64,000 bases of DNA, taken from positions 64,001 to 128,000 of IMG/VR virus record IMGVR_UViG_3300003375_000001; one strand, written 5' to 3'. Positions 56,116 to 64,000 of the stretch are shown one piece after another (within the stretch, counting starts at the first letter, position 1; each line of letters starts with the position of its first letter). The notes beneath the pieces were generated by a model. The model saw only the letters and a program-made list of their open reading frames with translations, was not told the origin of the DNA and ran no database searches. Position numbers and translations under genes: made by a program. This DNA comes from a virus. Lineage: Duplodnaviria; Caudoviricetes.

Positions 56116-57359
56116 TGAAAAACCTTTACCTTATAGTCTGCGCGTTAGCCGTTACACTCGCGTATGCCTTACCGTCTGAAGACGCAGTGAAGGGCTTAAT
56201 GCGACAAGGTAACTTTGCCGTTGCAGAAGACCAGATTAAACAACTGGTTAACGCGGAGCCAAACAATGCCAAGTACTTGTACTGGCTATCTCAGTCGGAA
56301 GAGAGAAACAAGGAACTTCCGCAGGCTCTGGTGCACATTCGTCACGCTCTCACTATCGACCCCTCTATCTCGTTTGGTCGACCCGAAGTTGTAACCGCCA
56401 TGGTATCGCGTCTTGACCGACTGCAAAATCACACGTATGCACGAGCTGAGCTTAGTCAGCAGGTCGCGCGCACAGATCAACGGAGGTTGGAAAGTCAACC
56501 AGCGCACTCTGAAGACAACTCCTGGATTTGGCGCTCTGCTGTTGCTGTGTTTTTCATCCTGTGCATGATAGTAGGATCGATCCTACTTATCAAGTGGTGG
56601 GTTACGAGAACTAAGGCTATAAAAGAGCGGGCCAAGTTTATGAAGGCCAAGACAGATATTCTCACGGTGTTTTTGAACACACGTAAGAAGGCTGAAGACG
56701 CGCTTGCCATGTATCGTTTGTCTACTAATGAAGGTGACAAGACACGGGTTGATCAAGTCAGTGATGTTCTAACCAGCTACATCTATCCAGGTATAAACAA
56801 TCTTCAAAAGTTTGAGTATAAGCCTGGAGCTTACTCCGACTTATCCATACATGAGCGTAACGCAAACAACGTGGTTAGTCTGCTGTTGAAAGCACAGACG
56901 GTTAAGGTTGATGCCACACCTCTTAAAGGTAGTCTAGGAGACAAGTCTGATTCATTTCAGCAGATTTTTGGTAAAGTCTTTGAGAACGACAGACAGCCTG
57001 CAGCCAATACAAAAACAACCACCTATGCCGATTCTAGCCCACGTAGGGCTCATCGATCTGCCGGCTACGCGCCTCCACCCTCACCTCCAGTAGTTAATCA
57101 CCATGACACTACGACCGTGGTGGTAGCAGGCCAACAAAACTCTGTGGTGGATGACATTATAAGACTAGATATGGCCGAGAGTCTGCTTGAACAAACTCGT
57201 CCAGAGGTAGTGAATAACTATTATGAGCGTCCACGCGTAGACGTAGACTACACGCCAGCCCCGACCCCTAGTTACGACAGCAGCCCTAGCCTTGATATAG
57301 ATTCAGGCTCTGGTTCAGGCTTCGACTTTGACAGTGGCCCTTCATTGGACCTGGACTAA
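56112..57359 (+). CDS. signal peptide + TPR + transmembrane protein with low-complexity tail
   Basis: AYA|LP signal, P.NAKYLYWLSQ TPR ending IDP.ISF, TM WIWRSAVAVFFILCMIVGSILLIKWW, D/S/G-rich end. Confidence 0.75.
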   Translation: MMKNLYLIVCALAVTLAYALPSEDAVKGLMRQGNFAVAEDQIKQLVNAEPNNAKYLYWLSQSEERNKELPQALVHIRHALTIDPSISFGRPEVVTAMVSRLDRLQNHTYARAELSQQVARTDQRRLESQPAHSEDNSWIWRSAVAVFFILCMIVGSILLIKWWVTRTKAIKERAKFMKAKTDILTVFLNTRKKAEDALAMYRLSTNEGDKTRVDQVSDVLTSYIYPGINNLQKFEYKPGAYSDLSIHERNANNVVSLLLKAQTVKVDATPLKGSLGDKSDSFQQIFGKVFENDRQPAANTKTTTYADSSPRRAHRSAGYAPPPSPPVVNHHDTTTVVVAGQQNSVVDDIIRLDMAESLLEQTRPEVVNNYYERPRVDVDYTPAPTPSYDSSPSLDIDSGSGSGFDFDSGPSLDLD

Positions 57360-57446
57360 CTTAACTGTTAACCCTAAGCAAGAGTTAGGCCCGCGGTGCT
57401 CCTACTCTTGCAATATTTCAAACGCACCGCAAACAACTTGGAAATA

Positions 57447-57947
57447 ATGAACATGCCTTCTATTCGTTTTGATCAACTCGGCCTTCTCTCCGTATTCACT
57501 CTTTCAAAGAAGTCAGCCCTTGACCCTAGCTTTATTCTGATAAAGGTTGGAAATACAACTGCCGTCAAACGAGGAGCTGACGTAAGGCCTGAGAAGGTAC
57601 GCTTTAAGAAGTCGGCTGAAGTTTGGGAACAGCACGGGCTTACTGTAAGCTTTGACGGATTCTTGCTAGGGTTGTCACATGACGCGTTCCCAGAGGTACC
57701 TGAGTCCTCGGCTACAGGAGAATCGGAGTCTGATAGGATGACTTACATATCCACAAATGCTATGACCACGTCCATGCAAGACAAAGAGGCCGACGACTTG
57801 GTTAAGGCCCTAGAGAAGGTCCCTGACGCCATCGCAAACAATAAAAAACTGCCGATGACGAAAGTCCAGAAAAAGGCACTGCCGAAGAAGGATCCGGGGA
57901 AGAAGGTAGCCAAGAAAGCTCTTCCTAAGAAGACTTCCAAGAATTAA
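57447..57947 (+). CDS. hypothetical protein with Lys-rich tail
   Basis: KKALPKK repeats at C-terminus. Confidence 0.6.
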   Translation: MNMPSIRFDQLGLLSVFTLSKKSALDPSFILIKVGNTTAVKRGADVRPEKVRFKKSAEVWEQHGLTVSFDGFLLGLSHDAFPEVPESSATGESESDRMTYISTNAMTTSMQDKEADDLVKALEKVPDAIANNKKLPMTKVQKKALPKKDPGKKVAKKALPKKTSKN

Positions 57948-57958
57948 ATCCCAATAAC

Positions 57959-57993
57959 AGAGAAGCTTATAACCTAGGCTCCTCTTCCTTTTT
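57959..57993 (+). terminator. probable intrinsic terminator
   Basis: AGAGAAGC/GCTCCTCT stem (one mismatch), then TCCTTTTT. Confidence 0.45.
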
Positions 57994-58009
57994 ACTACAA
58001 AGGACAATC

Positions 58010-58969
58010 ATGAACCAATACGAAACTTACCTACGCCACGTTTTGACAAAGGGTCGCTACAAGACAGATAGAACAGGCACAGGCACCTTGTCGACCTTTG
58101 GGTATCAAATTAGGTTTGACCTCGCTGAAGGTTTCCCTTTGGTCACCACTAAGAAGGTGCACTTCAAGTCTATCGTCACTGAACTGCTGTGGTTCTTGCG
58201 TGGTGACACAAACGTCAAATGGCTGCAGGAACATGGCTGCACAATCTGGGATGAGTGGGCTCGGGCTGACGGGTCACTAGGTCCCGTGTACGGTAAGCAA
58301 TGGCGCGACTGGTCAGGAAAAGTAAGTTTACACCGTAGTGACGTGATTCACCCTTTGTATGCTAACGCGTATCTTGTCGATGAGGATAACAAAGGTGTAG
58401 TTGCTTTTCAGGAACGCATTGATCAATTACAAGACGCCATTACCAAGCTTCGCACTAACCCCGATGACCGTCGTATCATCGTTAGCGCGTGGAACGTTGC
58501 TGATATCCCTGACATGGCTTTACCACCTTGCCATGCATTTTTTCAGTTCTACACTGAGGAACTTACCTTGACGGAACGCGAAGACCTTGCCGCTGCCGAC
58601 GAGATTCCTAAATACTACATGGACGAAAATCATGTACCAACTCGTAGGTTGTCTTGCCAGCTGTATCAGCGGTCCTGCGATTCTTTCCTGGGCGTCCCTT
58701 TCAATATCGCAAGCTATGCATTGCTGACGCATATCATTGCAGCAGAAGTGAACATGGTCGCGGGGGACTTCGTTTGGACAGGGGGTGACTGCCATATCTA
58801 CAACAATCACATGGAACAGGTTCACCAACAGTTGCAACGTGACCCCTACCCCTACCCCACCCTCCTCTTTGTCAACGGCGTCAAGAAATTTGACGAATAC
58901 CTGCCTGGAGATTTTGACGTAGACAAATACGTTCATCACCCCGCCATCAAAGCACCTGTTGCGGTATGA
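58010..58969 (+). CDS. thyA: thymidylate synthase
   Basis: [62 protein letters not shown]. Confidence 0.97.
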   Translation: MNQYETYLRHVLTKGRYKTDRTGTGTLSTFGYQIRFDLAEGFPLVTTKKVHFKSIVTELLWFLRGDTNVKWLQEHGCTIWDEWARADGSLGPVYGKQWRDWSGKVSLHRSDVIHPLYANAYLVDEDNKGVVAFQERIDQLQDAITKLRTNPDDRRIIVSAWNVADIPDMALPPCHAFFQFYTEELTLTEREDLAAADEIPKYYMDENHVPTRRLSCQLYQRSCDSFLGVPFNIASYALLTHIIAAEVNMVAGDFVWTGGDCHIYNNHMEQVHQQLQRDPYPYPTLLFVNGVKKFDEYLPGDFDVDKYVHHPAIKAPVAV

Positions 58970-59403
58970 ACTTCTACGATACAACAAGGCAGGTTAGTGC
59001 AAGAGACTTGCAGACCATAGCGGCGTTGTCTTGCTTTGTAGACCAAGTACCTAAGTCAGTTCTATACGAGGTAGCTTACTACGTGCAACGCTGCGAAATG
59101 AAAGGCTTTGCCACCACGGATGACCAGAGGCGTCTTTGTGCGAACAGGTACTTGGCAGGAAAGCGAAAGGTTAGCGCGCCAGGCACTGAAAGGCGCAGAA
59201 AGGCTAAAGCCGTTTGCAAACGCATTGTTAGTAATCCTCCTTCTGAACTTGTCAAAGCGTTGGAAACAGCTCTAGCTAGCGTTCCGTCTCAAAAGTCTGA
59301 TAACAAGGTAATCAACTCTATCGTGGGAAAGGTCTTGAAAATATACAAGACAGACCCTCAAGCAGTACGCGAGTTGATAGTTAAACGTTTAGCCCCTTAC
59401 TAG
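58966..59403 (+). CDS. protein with C-terminal GatB/YqeY-like helical domain
   Basis: [11 protein letters not shown]....[11 protein letters not shown] resembles the GatB/YqeY tail. Confidence 0.5.
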   Translation: MNFYDTTRQVSARDLQTIAALSCFVDQVPKSVLYEVAYYVQRCEMKGFATTDDQRRLCANRYLAGKRKVSAPGTERRRKAKAVCKRIVSNPPSELVKALETALASVPSQKSDNKVINSIVGKVLKIYKTDPQAVRELIVKRLAPY

Positions 59404-59411
59404 GAGAACTA

Positions 59412-59615
59412 ATGTCATTCCTATGCAATCTAGGATTTCACCGCTTCAAAAAGCGTGAGATTCACTTTAACCAGGGGGCGCCTTGGGTGCCGGAAGTACC
59501 AGTGCCTGCGTCCGTCTTGCTTCGATGTGCTTGTGGAGAAGCCAAGCTAGACCCCAGTGGAGAAATGCCAACTATCCTAGTGTTCTCTACATCGCCTGTA
59601 AAGGTAAAGTCATGA
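59412..59615 (+). CDS. small hypothetical protein
   Basis: AGGAG RBS; LC.LG.H...C.C. Confidence 0.55.
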   Translation: MSFLCNLGFHRFKKREIHFNQGAPWVPEVPVPASVLLRCACGEAKLDPSGEMPTILVFSTSPVKVKS

Positions 59616-59860
59616 GTACAATAGGCAGTATTCAATATGCAAGACCTGATACTGTGGCTAAAGTAGAGGCTCTGCACGCTGAAATTAAACATTTGCTAGA
59701 CTTGGAGAAAGAGGTTGTACTAGCCACTCAGTATAGCCACCTTAGTGACTTCTGGAAGTCGGTTGTTGAAACCAACATAGACTTCCTTAGACATCCCCCC
59801 GCCTATAGAAAATCTTGGGGCTCAAGTTCAGGTCAAAATGTACGTCTACCTGGAGATTGA
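59612..59860 (+). CDS. hypothetical protein
   Basis: ATGA-coupled start 59612. Confidence 0.55.
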   Translation: MSTIGSIQYARPDTVAKVEALHAEIKHLLDLEKEVVLATQYSHLSDFWKSVVETNIDFLRHPPAYRKSWGSSSGQNVRLPGD

Positions 59861-59862
59861 TC

Positions 59863-60231
59863 ATGAAAGAAATAGCTTTCGAAAGTTACGTGGAACACCT
59901 TTGTGAAATGAATGCCTTGCATTTTAAAGACTGCCCTAACGAACGAGGTGTCCTAAACGACGTATGCGACGTTTTGGACAAGATGGCGCAAGAAGTACCT
60001 TTCGCATACTTGCGTGGCGACGGAGTTATAGTATTCAACGAAAAGAATTCTCCGCCTCCTCAAATAAAGAACTGGCCTGCAGCCCTTAACTGGACTATGT
60101 GGCACGGTGAACATCATGAAGCTCTACGACACGGCTGGCTTCCGTTGTATCTCAACCCCTTTCAGTCTCTGCCACAACAAACAGTCTCCCCTCAACTCGA
60201 TCTTGCCATTCAAGGGCAAGAATACTGTTAA
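59863..60231 (+). CDS. hypothetical protein
   Basis: ATG 59863 after GGAG. Confidence 0.6.
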   Translation: MKEIAFESYVEHLCEMNALHFKDCPNERGVLNDVCDVLDKMAQEVPFAYLRGDGVIVFNEKNSPPPQIKNWPAALNWTMWHGEHHEALRHGWLPLYLNPFQSLPQQTVSPQLDLAIQGQEYC

Positions 60232-60246
60232 ACAATAGCAAGACTA

Positions 60247-60289
60247 AAGATGGTACTATAAGCCTTAAGCCGGTTGATAGTACCATCTT
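60247..60289 (+). terminator. intergenic hairpin (terminator or processing site)
   Basis: AAGATGGTACTAT / ATAGTACCATCTT perfect 13-bp stem. Confidence 0.55.
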
Positions 60290-60311
60290 CCCTATCTAAA
60301 CGAGGTTCACA

Positions 60312-60635
60312 ATGTCTTATACTGAACGCTGGTTAGTATGTAAAATGCATGGGGACAAGAAAGCTGTCTTCTATACGCTTTCCGTTGAAAGAAACAGTTC
60401 TACTTACAGACAAAGGATATCTTTGTTTTGGTTTAAGACCAGGGAACTCGGTAGGGCTTTTGGAAAAAAACCAGGAAACCATCGTAAGGTTAAATACTGC
60501 TTTGTAGAACCTTTCTATGAACACAGGGCCCAGTTGACCCCTATCGAAAAAGAATTCACCAGCGTGTTTGAGTTTTACGAACATATAGGGTATGATCGTA
60601 AGGCCCAACGATACAGAAAACCCACATGCGTTTGA
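60312..60635 (+). CDS. hypothetical protein
   Basis: GAGG RBS. Confidence 0.65.
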   Translation: MSYTERWLVCKMHGDKKAVFYTLSVERNSSTYRQRISLFWFKTRELGRAFGKKPGNHRKVKYCFVEPFYEHRAQLTPIEKEFTSVFEFYEHIGYDRKAQRYRKPTCV

Positions 60636-60668
60636 GTACGCGACGGTCTATTTTAACGGAGATACTGA

Positions 60669-61175
60669 ATGACTGAACCTAAACGCGCGTGGGACGCCGT
60701 TTTGTCCGAAACGAAAGAACGGCTGGCCAACCCAGTAGTAGGAGACCGCTTTCAAGAGCACTATACCTATTTTATTTATGTGCTAGCTGTAGACGACACC
60801 CACGTCACTATAGCTGACACTGTGGGATGTGAAGCCTCTTACGCTGCTAGGATGAAAGCTAAAGGCAAGTCACTGGTAGGGGACACTACCAGGTGTGAAG
60901 TGCCAGACGACTTGCGTCTAGTTAAGATGACTAGAGAAGAACTAGTGGAAAACAGAAGTGGTGTTGTTTACTTGGATACCGTGGCACTTCATAGTATAGA
61001 AGGTTGGCTCGAAGTGCTGCAGGGAAAAGAACCGCCACCAAAAGAAAAGCTTCCTGACCCCACGTACTACGAGGCCAAGAGGAAGCTAATGCTGGACGTG
61101 GCTAATGCTAAAACTGGACAAGCAATCCACGCGGTGCTGTTAAAAGCACTAGATACCTTTCAACTCTATTTGTGA
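60669..61175 (+). CDS. hypothetical protein
   Basis: GGAG RBS. Confidence 0.65.
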   Translation: MTEPKRAWDAVLSETKERLANPVVGDRFQEHYTYFIYVLAVDDTHVTIADTVGCEASYAARMKAKGKSLVGDTTRCEVPDDLRLVKMTREELVENRSGVVYLDTVALHSIEGWLEVLQGKEPPPKEKLPDPTYYEAKRKLMLDVANAKTGQAIHAVLLKALDTFQLYL

Positions 61176-61181
61176 GTCTAC

Positions 61182-61841
61182 ATGAAACATCGATTAAACC
61201 TACCAGGATTCGATTCCGACGTATGCTGGACAATAGACAAGACCCTAGAACTCTGCTATGGCCATAGGGTGTGGACGCAAGTTCTTGACGATAGATTTTC
61301 TAATGACCTAAAGTGTGCCTGCCGTCATCTACATGGACACGAAGCAAAGATTCAGGTTTACTTATCTGGATCAGAGCTGAATCCTCAAGGCATGCTGACG
61401 GACTTCCGTCATTTGGAATGGGCCAAGAAGTTGTTCAATAGCCTGATCGATCATCAATTTATTATGCACAAGGAAGACCCCTTGTTGCCTATCATTCTAG
61501 ACACCACTAAACCCGGAAGCTATAAGCCTGAGCCTCAGTTTTTAGATCAAGTGCCTCTAGGTAGCTGGACTACAGCCAGCAAGATGTTCCTAGGTACTAG
61601 AGTACTGTATAACGGAACTAACAACGCGGTAAACGAACTGTTTGACGGACTGTTAGTTGTAGACTTTGTTCCTACATCAGAAAACCTAGCCAAATGGGTT
61701 CACTCTATTGTCAACTTCCGTATGTATTCCTTGCAGGTCGCGTGCACCCGCGTGGACTGGTGGGAGACCCCAAAGAGTAGAAGCTCTCATGTTAATACAG
61801 AGTCAATCGCCTGGAATTCAGAGCCAACCTTTACCCTTTAG
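61182..61841 (+). CDS. queD: 6-carboxy-5,6,7,8-tetrahydropterin synthase
   Basis: LCYGHR, C.HLHGH, DF, .DH.F, PTSENLA, WETP.S. Confidence 0.9.
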   Translation: MKHRLNLPGFDSDVCWTIDKTLELCYGHRVWTQVLDDRFSNDLKCACRHLHGHEAKIQVYLSGSELNPQGMLTDFRHLEWAKKLFNSLIDHQFIMHKEDPLLPIILDTTKPGSYKPEPQFLDQVPLGSWTTASKMFLGTRVLYNGTNNAVNELFDGLLVVDFVPTSENLAKWVHSIVNFRMYSLQVACTRVDWWETPKSRSSHVNTESIAWNSEPTFTL

Positions 61842-61847
61842 TAGATT

Positions 61848-62399
61848 ATGGAAAACCACACTTTAACCAATGTCGAAAACGTATCTGCACGTATGTCTGA
61901 TACGATTTTTTCTGTCAAAGCCATAGTGCTGAGAGGTCTTCCAGGGTCTGGTAAGTCTACGTTGTCTAACTGGATAGTAGACACGTTGGCCTTGAAGGGG
62001 TTTACTCCGTTTCAGATTAACGCTGACTTTATTAGGTCAGGCCTTAATGCGCATCTGGGTTTTAGCCATGAGGATCGTATTCGTCAAGCAGAGTCTTTAG
62101 GTCATATAGCGAGGCTAGCCTTGTGCAACAAGTGTCTGCCCGTTGTTGACTTTGTTATGCCTACTGAGGAAACATTACACGCATTTACTAAAGGCTTCGG
62201 TACTGACAACTTCATGGTAGTGTCCATGCGCCCTTACCACGCCACAGACAAAGACAGATATGGGGATACGTCCGCTATATTCGAGGACGACGTTTCTAGC
62301 AGTTGGTACATATCTGACGACAACTGCCTTGAGCTATTCAAGTACAACTTCCAGCGTTACCCTGCCGACTTCTTTGTTCAACACCAATCACAAAATTAA
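61848..62399 (+). CDS. adenylylsulfate (APS) kinase-like P-loop kinase
   Basis: LRGLPGSGKSTL, NAD.IR.GLN..LGFS.EDR..Q...LG.IA.L, F..P; lacks the RDPKGLY lid of CysC. Confidence 0.75.
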   Translation: MENHTLTNVENVSARMSDTIFSVKAIVLRGLPGSGKSTLSNWIVDTLALKGFTPFQINADFIRSGLNAHLGFSHEDRIRQAESLGHIARLALCNKCLPVVDFVMPTEETLHAFTKGFGTDNFMVVSMRPYHATDKDRYGDTSAIFEDDVSSSWYISDDNCLELFKYNFQRYPADFFVQHQSQN

Positions 62400-62400
62400 C

Positions 62401-62835
62401 ATGACAAACTTAACTCGCAATAATCCTCGCATTTGGGTGACCTTTCAGCTTGAAGGCTTCCACAGGTACCCTGACGCACCGGACCAAGTAGCCTACTTGC
62501 GAAATGAACATCGACACATGTTCAACTTCAAGGTGACGTTGGAAGTCACACATGACAACCGTGAAGTTGAATTCCACATGTTTAGGTCAGAACTGATTAG
62601 TCTGTTTGGTAAGAACACCTTACAGATAGATCACAAGTCTTGCGAAATGCTAGCCGCCGACGTAATGAACTACCTGGATATGGCGTATTCAGGGCGCTTT
62701 GCTGAGGTAGAGGTATCAGAAGACGGAGAATGTGGTGCTGTGTTAACACGCCCTAACGTAGAAGACGTGCGTGACGTGGTGAACGACATGCTGGCAGAAC
62801 ACCGTAGGAACTCTCATGATTCATTCGGAGCGTGA
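62401..62835 (+). CDS. dpdL: QueD-like T-fold protein (DpdL-like)
   Basis: EGFHRYP..P..V.YLRNEHRHMF (LxxxHRHxF), DREVEF, SCE.LA, V.VSEDGE.GA; real start 62401. Confidence 0.65.
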   Translation: MTNLTRNNPRIWVTFQLEGFHRYPDAPDQVAYLRNEHRHMFNFKVTLEVTHDNREVEFHMFRSELISLFGKNTLQIDHKSCEMLAADVMNYLDMAYSGRFAEVEVSEDGECGAVLTRPNVEDVRDVVNDMLAEHRRNSHDSFGA

Positions 62836-64000
62836 ATACCATCAAGGCAAATCGCGCTTGGTATTTGCCGGACAAGAGTCACTTAACGGCTATTATCAAA
62901 TAGCCGTTAAGTTTGAAAAGAACAAAAACACGCAGACACTAGTTAGCCGAAACCCCAAGGTGCTAGAGATAAGGCTGCCTGATAGGACTGTGTACGTGTC
63001 GGGCAAGTCATCAAAAAGGTCTACAGTCCTTGATAGAGACGTTGATCTTATAGTGTCTACTAAACGGGACTTGAACCAGCATAAGGAAATGGGGACTGAC
63101 ATGCTTCTGTTCAATCCCATCCATGCGCCTCTTGCTATGGACACCCGTTCATACTTGCGTGAAGGCATAGACGTACTGGTCGACTCTGGAGGGTTTCAGC
63201 TAGCGCAAGGTACGTCAGACTTTGTGTCCCCATTGGAGACCGCTCAGTTCTACACTAAACATGCGTCAATAGGCATGGGGCTAGACTTCCCCTCTCCAGG
63301 TTTTATAGACAAGGCTCTATACGTGGAGAACTGTAGACTACAGGCCCTTAACAACGATTACATCCGTAGAAACATTCCTGACACCGTTAGTATGGCCCCC
63401 GTTGTTCACGGGGTTTCGCCTTTTACGCGCAAGCATTGCCTAGACACAGTTTTTAAGAAAGGCCGTGACAAGGCAATGGCACTCGCGGGCCTTATATCAA
63501 AAAGAACAGACTCGCCAGAGGCATTCAAACAGAGATTCGCGTGCATGGCTATGGTTCTAAATGAAACACGTCAGGACGTCATCTACTATCACGCTCTGGG
63601 AGCAACATCCCCTTGGATGCTGGCGTTGTACGCGCTGCTAACGAAGTCTAACTACGTGGTATCAATTGGTGGAGACTCCGTTAGTCACAGGCAGAATGCT
63701 ATCGGTGGGTCTTACAAGATACTACCGTACTTCAACGGTCCTGTCACCTTAACTCAACCGGTTACAACCAATACGCCTGCCCGACTCCCTTGTAGCTGCC
63801 CCGCGTGTGTAGCCGTAGGGGACGCTCGCATCTTGAGAGACTTTCGCATATCAGAGCTTCATCACTTGTATATGGCTAGTCATCAGAAGGTGTCCATAGA
63901 CAATTGCATTGACGCTTATATAAAGGGTCGGGTGTCGCGTGGGGAGATGTGGAAGTTTGTTATGGGCGATTCCAACCAAGGTTTCCGTACATTACCAAAC
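62816..64000 (+). CDS. dpdA: TGT/DpdA-family guanine transglycosylase, partial (runs off window; absent from ORF track)
   Basis: manually translated open frame from ATG 62816 (AGGA RBS) to the end without a stop: MLLFNPIH, VDSGGFQ, GLDFP, PVVHG, ALAG, YHALG, GGDS, CSCPAC...HH Zn site. Confidence 0.82.
   Translation, partial: MIHSEREYHQGKSRLVFAGQESLNGYYQIAVKFEKNKNTQTLVSRNPKVLEIRLPDRTVYVSGKSSKRSTVLDRDVDLIVSTKRDLNQHKEMGTDMLLFNPIHAPLAMDTRSYLREGIDVLVDSGGFQLAQGTSDFVSPLETAQFYTKHASIGMGLDFPSPGFIDKALYVENCRLQALNNDYIRRNIPDTVSMAPVVHGVSPFTRKHCLDTVFKKGRDKAMALAGLISKRTDSPEAFKQRFACMAMVLNETRQDVIYYHALGATSPWMLALYALLTKSNYVVSIGGDSVSHRQNAIGGSYKILPYFNGPVTLTQPVTTNTPARLPCSCPACVAVGDARILRDFRISELHHLYMASHQKVSIDNCIDAYIKGRVSRGEMWKFVMGDSNQGFRTLPN
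62881..62912 (+). other. perfect 14-bp hairpin inside the transglycosylase coding sequence
   Basis: ACTTAACGGCTATT-ATCA-AATAGCCGTTAAGT. Confidence 0.85.

Noticed and set aside
58010-58969. ThyA as a base-hypermodifying hydroxymethylase
   Set aside because: It retains the dUMP-specifying Asn (GVPFNIASY) and all canonical motifs; the two short insertions do not change the call.
61100-61190. preQ1 riboswitch upstream of queD
   Set aside because: There are only 6 nt between the upstream stop and the queD start, and no preQ1 aptamer consensus is visible.
62260-62400. Extended N-termini from the ORF track (for example 62260, 16532, 14901, 46933, 47360, 28543, 59483)
   Set aside because: These overlap upstream genes; downstream ATGs with SD sequences or stop-start coupling are better supported.
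1-64000. tRNA or rRNA genes; stop-codon reassignment
   Set aside because: No intergenic gap shows a cloverleaf or T-loop consensus; conserved genes are full length under the standard code and end in TAA, TAG or TGA.

Overview
A 64 kb, almost entirely plus-strand, densely coding segment of a large tailed phage (contractile-tail myovirus). Gene content suggests a jumbo phage; resemblance to the phiRSL1/Lu11/PaBG/Y3-like group is my inference from gene repertoire, not from a search. Layout: (1) 1-19.3 kb tail and baseplate module (sheath, tube, hub chaperone with a candidate +1 frameshift, tape measure with M15 peptidase, lysozyme-like protein, gp53/gp27/gp5/gp25/gp6/gp7-like proteins, fibre). 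(2) 19.3-28.7 kb: type IB topoisomerase, probable sliding clamp, UvsW-like helicase with an antisense endonuclease gene inserted at its 5' end, and DnaB. (3) 29-40.5 kb: terminase, portal, prohead protease and a decoration/fibre/depolymerase cluster; no major capsid gene recognised. (4) 40.5-42.9 kb: TraR/DksA-like protein and two nucleases. (5) An AT-rich region with phased A-tracts and direct repeats at 42.9-43.1 kb opens a long run of small accessory genes plus NAD-dependent ligase, a PspA/TPR-membrane module and ThyA. (6) 61.2-64 kb: the start of a 7-deazaguanine cluster (QueD, an APS-kinase-like P-loop kinase, a DpdL-like T-fold protein, and a TGT/DpdA-like transglycosylase that runs off the window and is missing from the ORF track). 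No tRNA, rRNA or CRISPR array was seen. All functional calls come from motif recognition by eye; no database searches were run.
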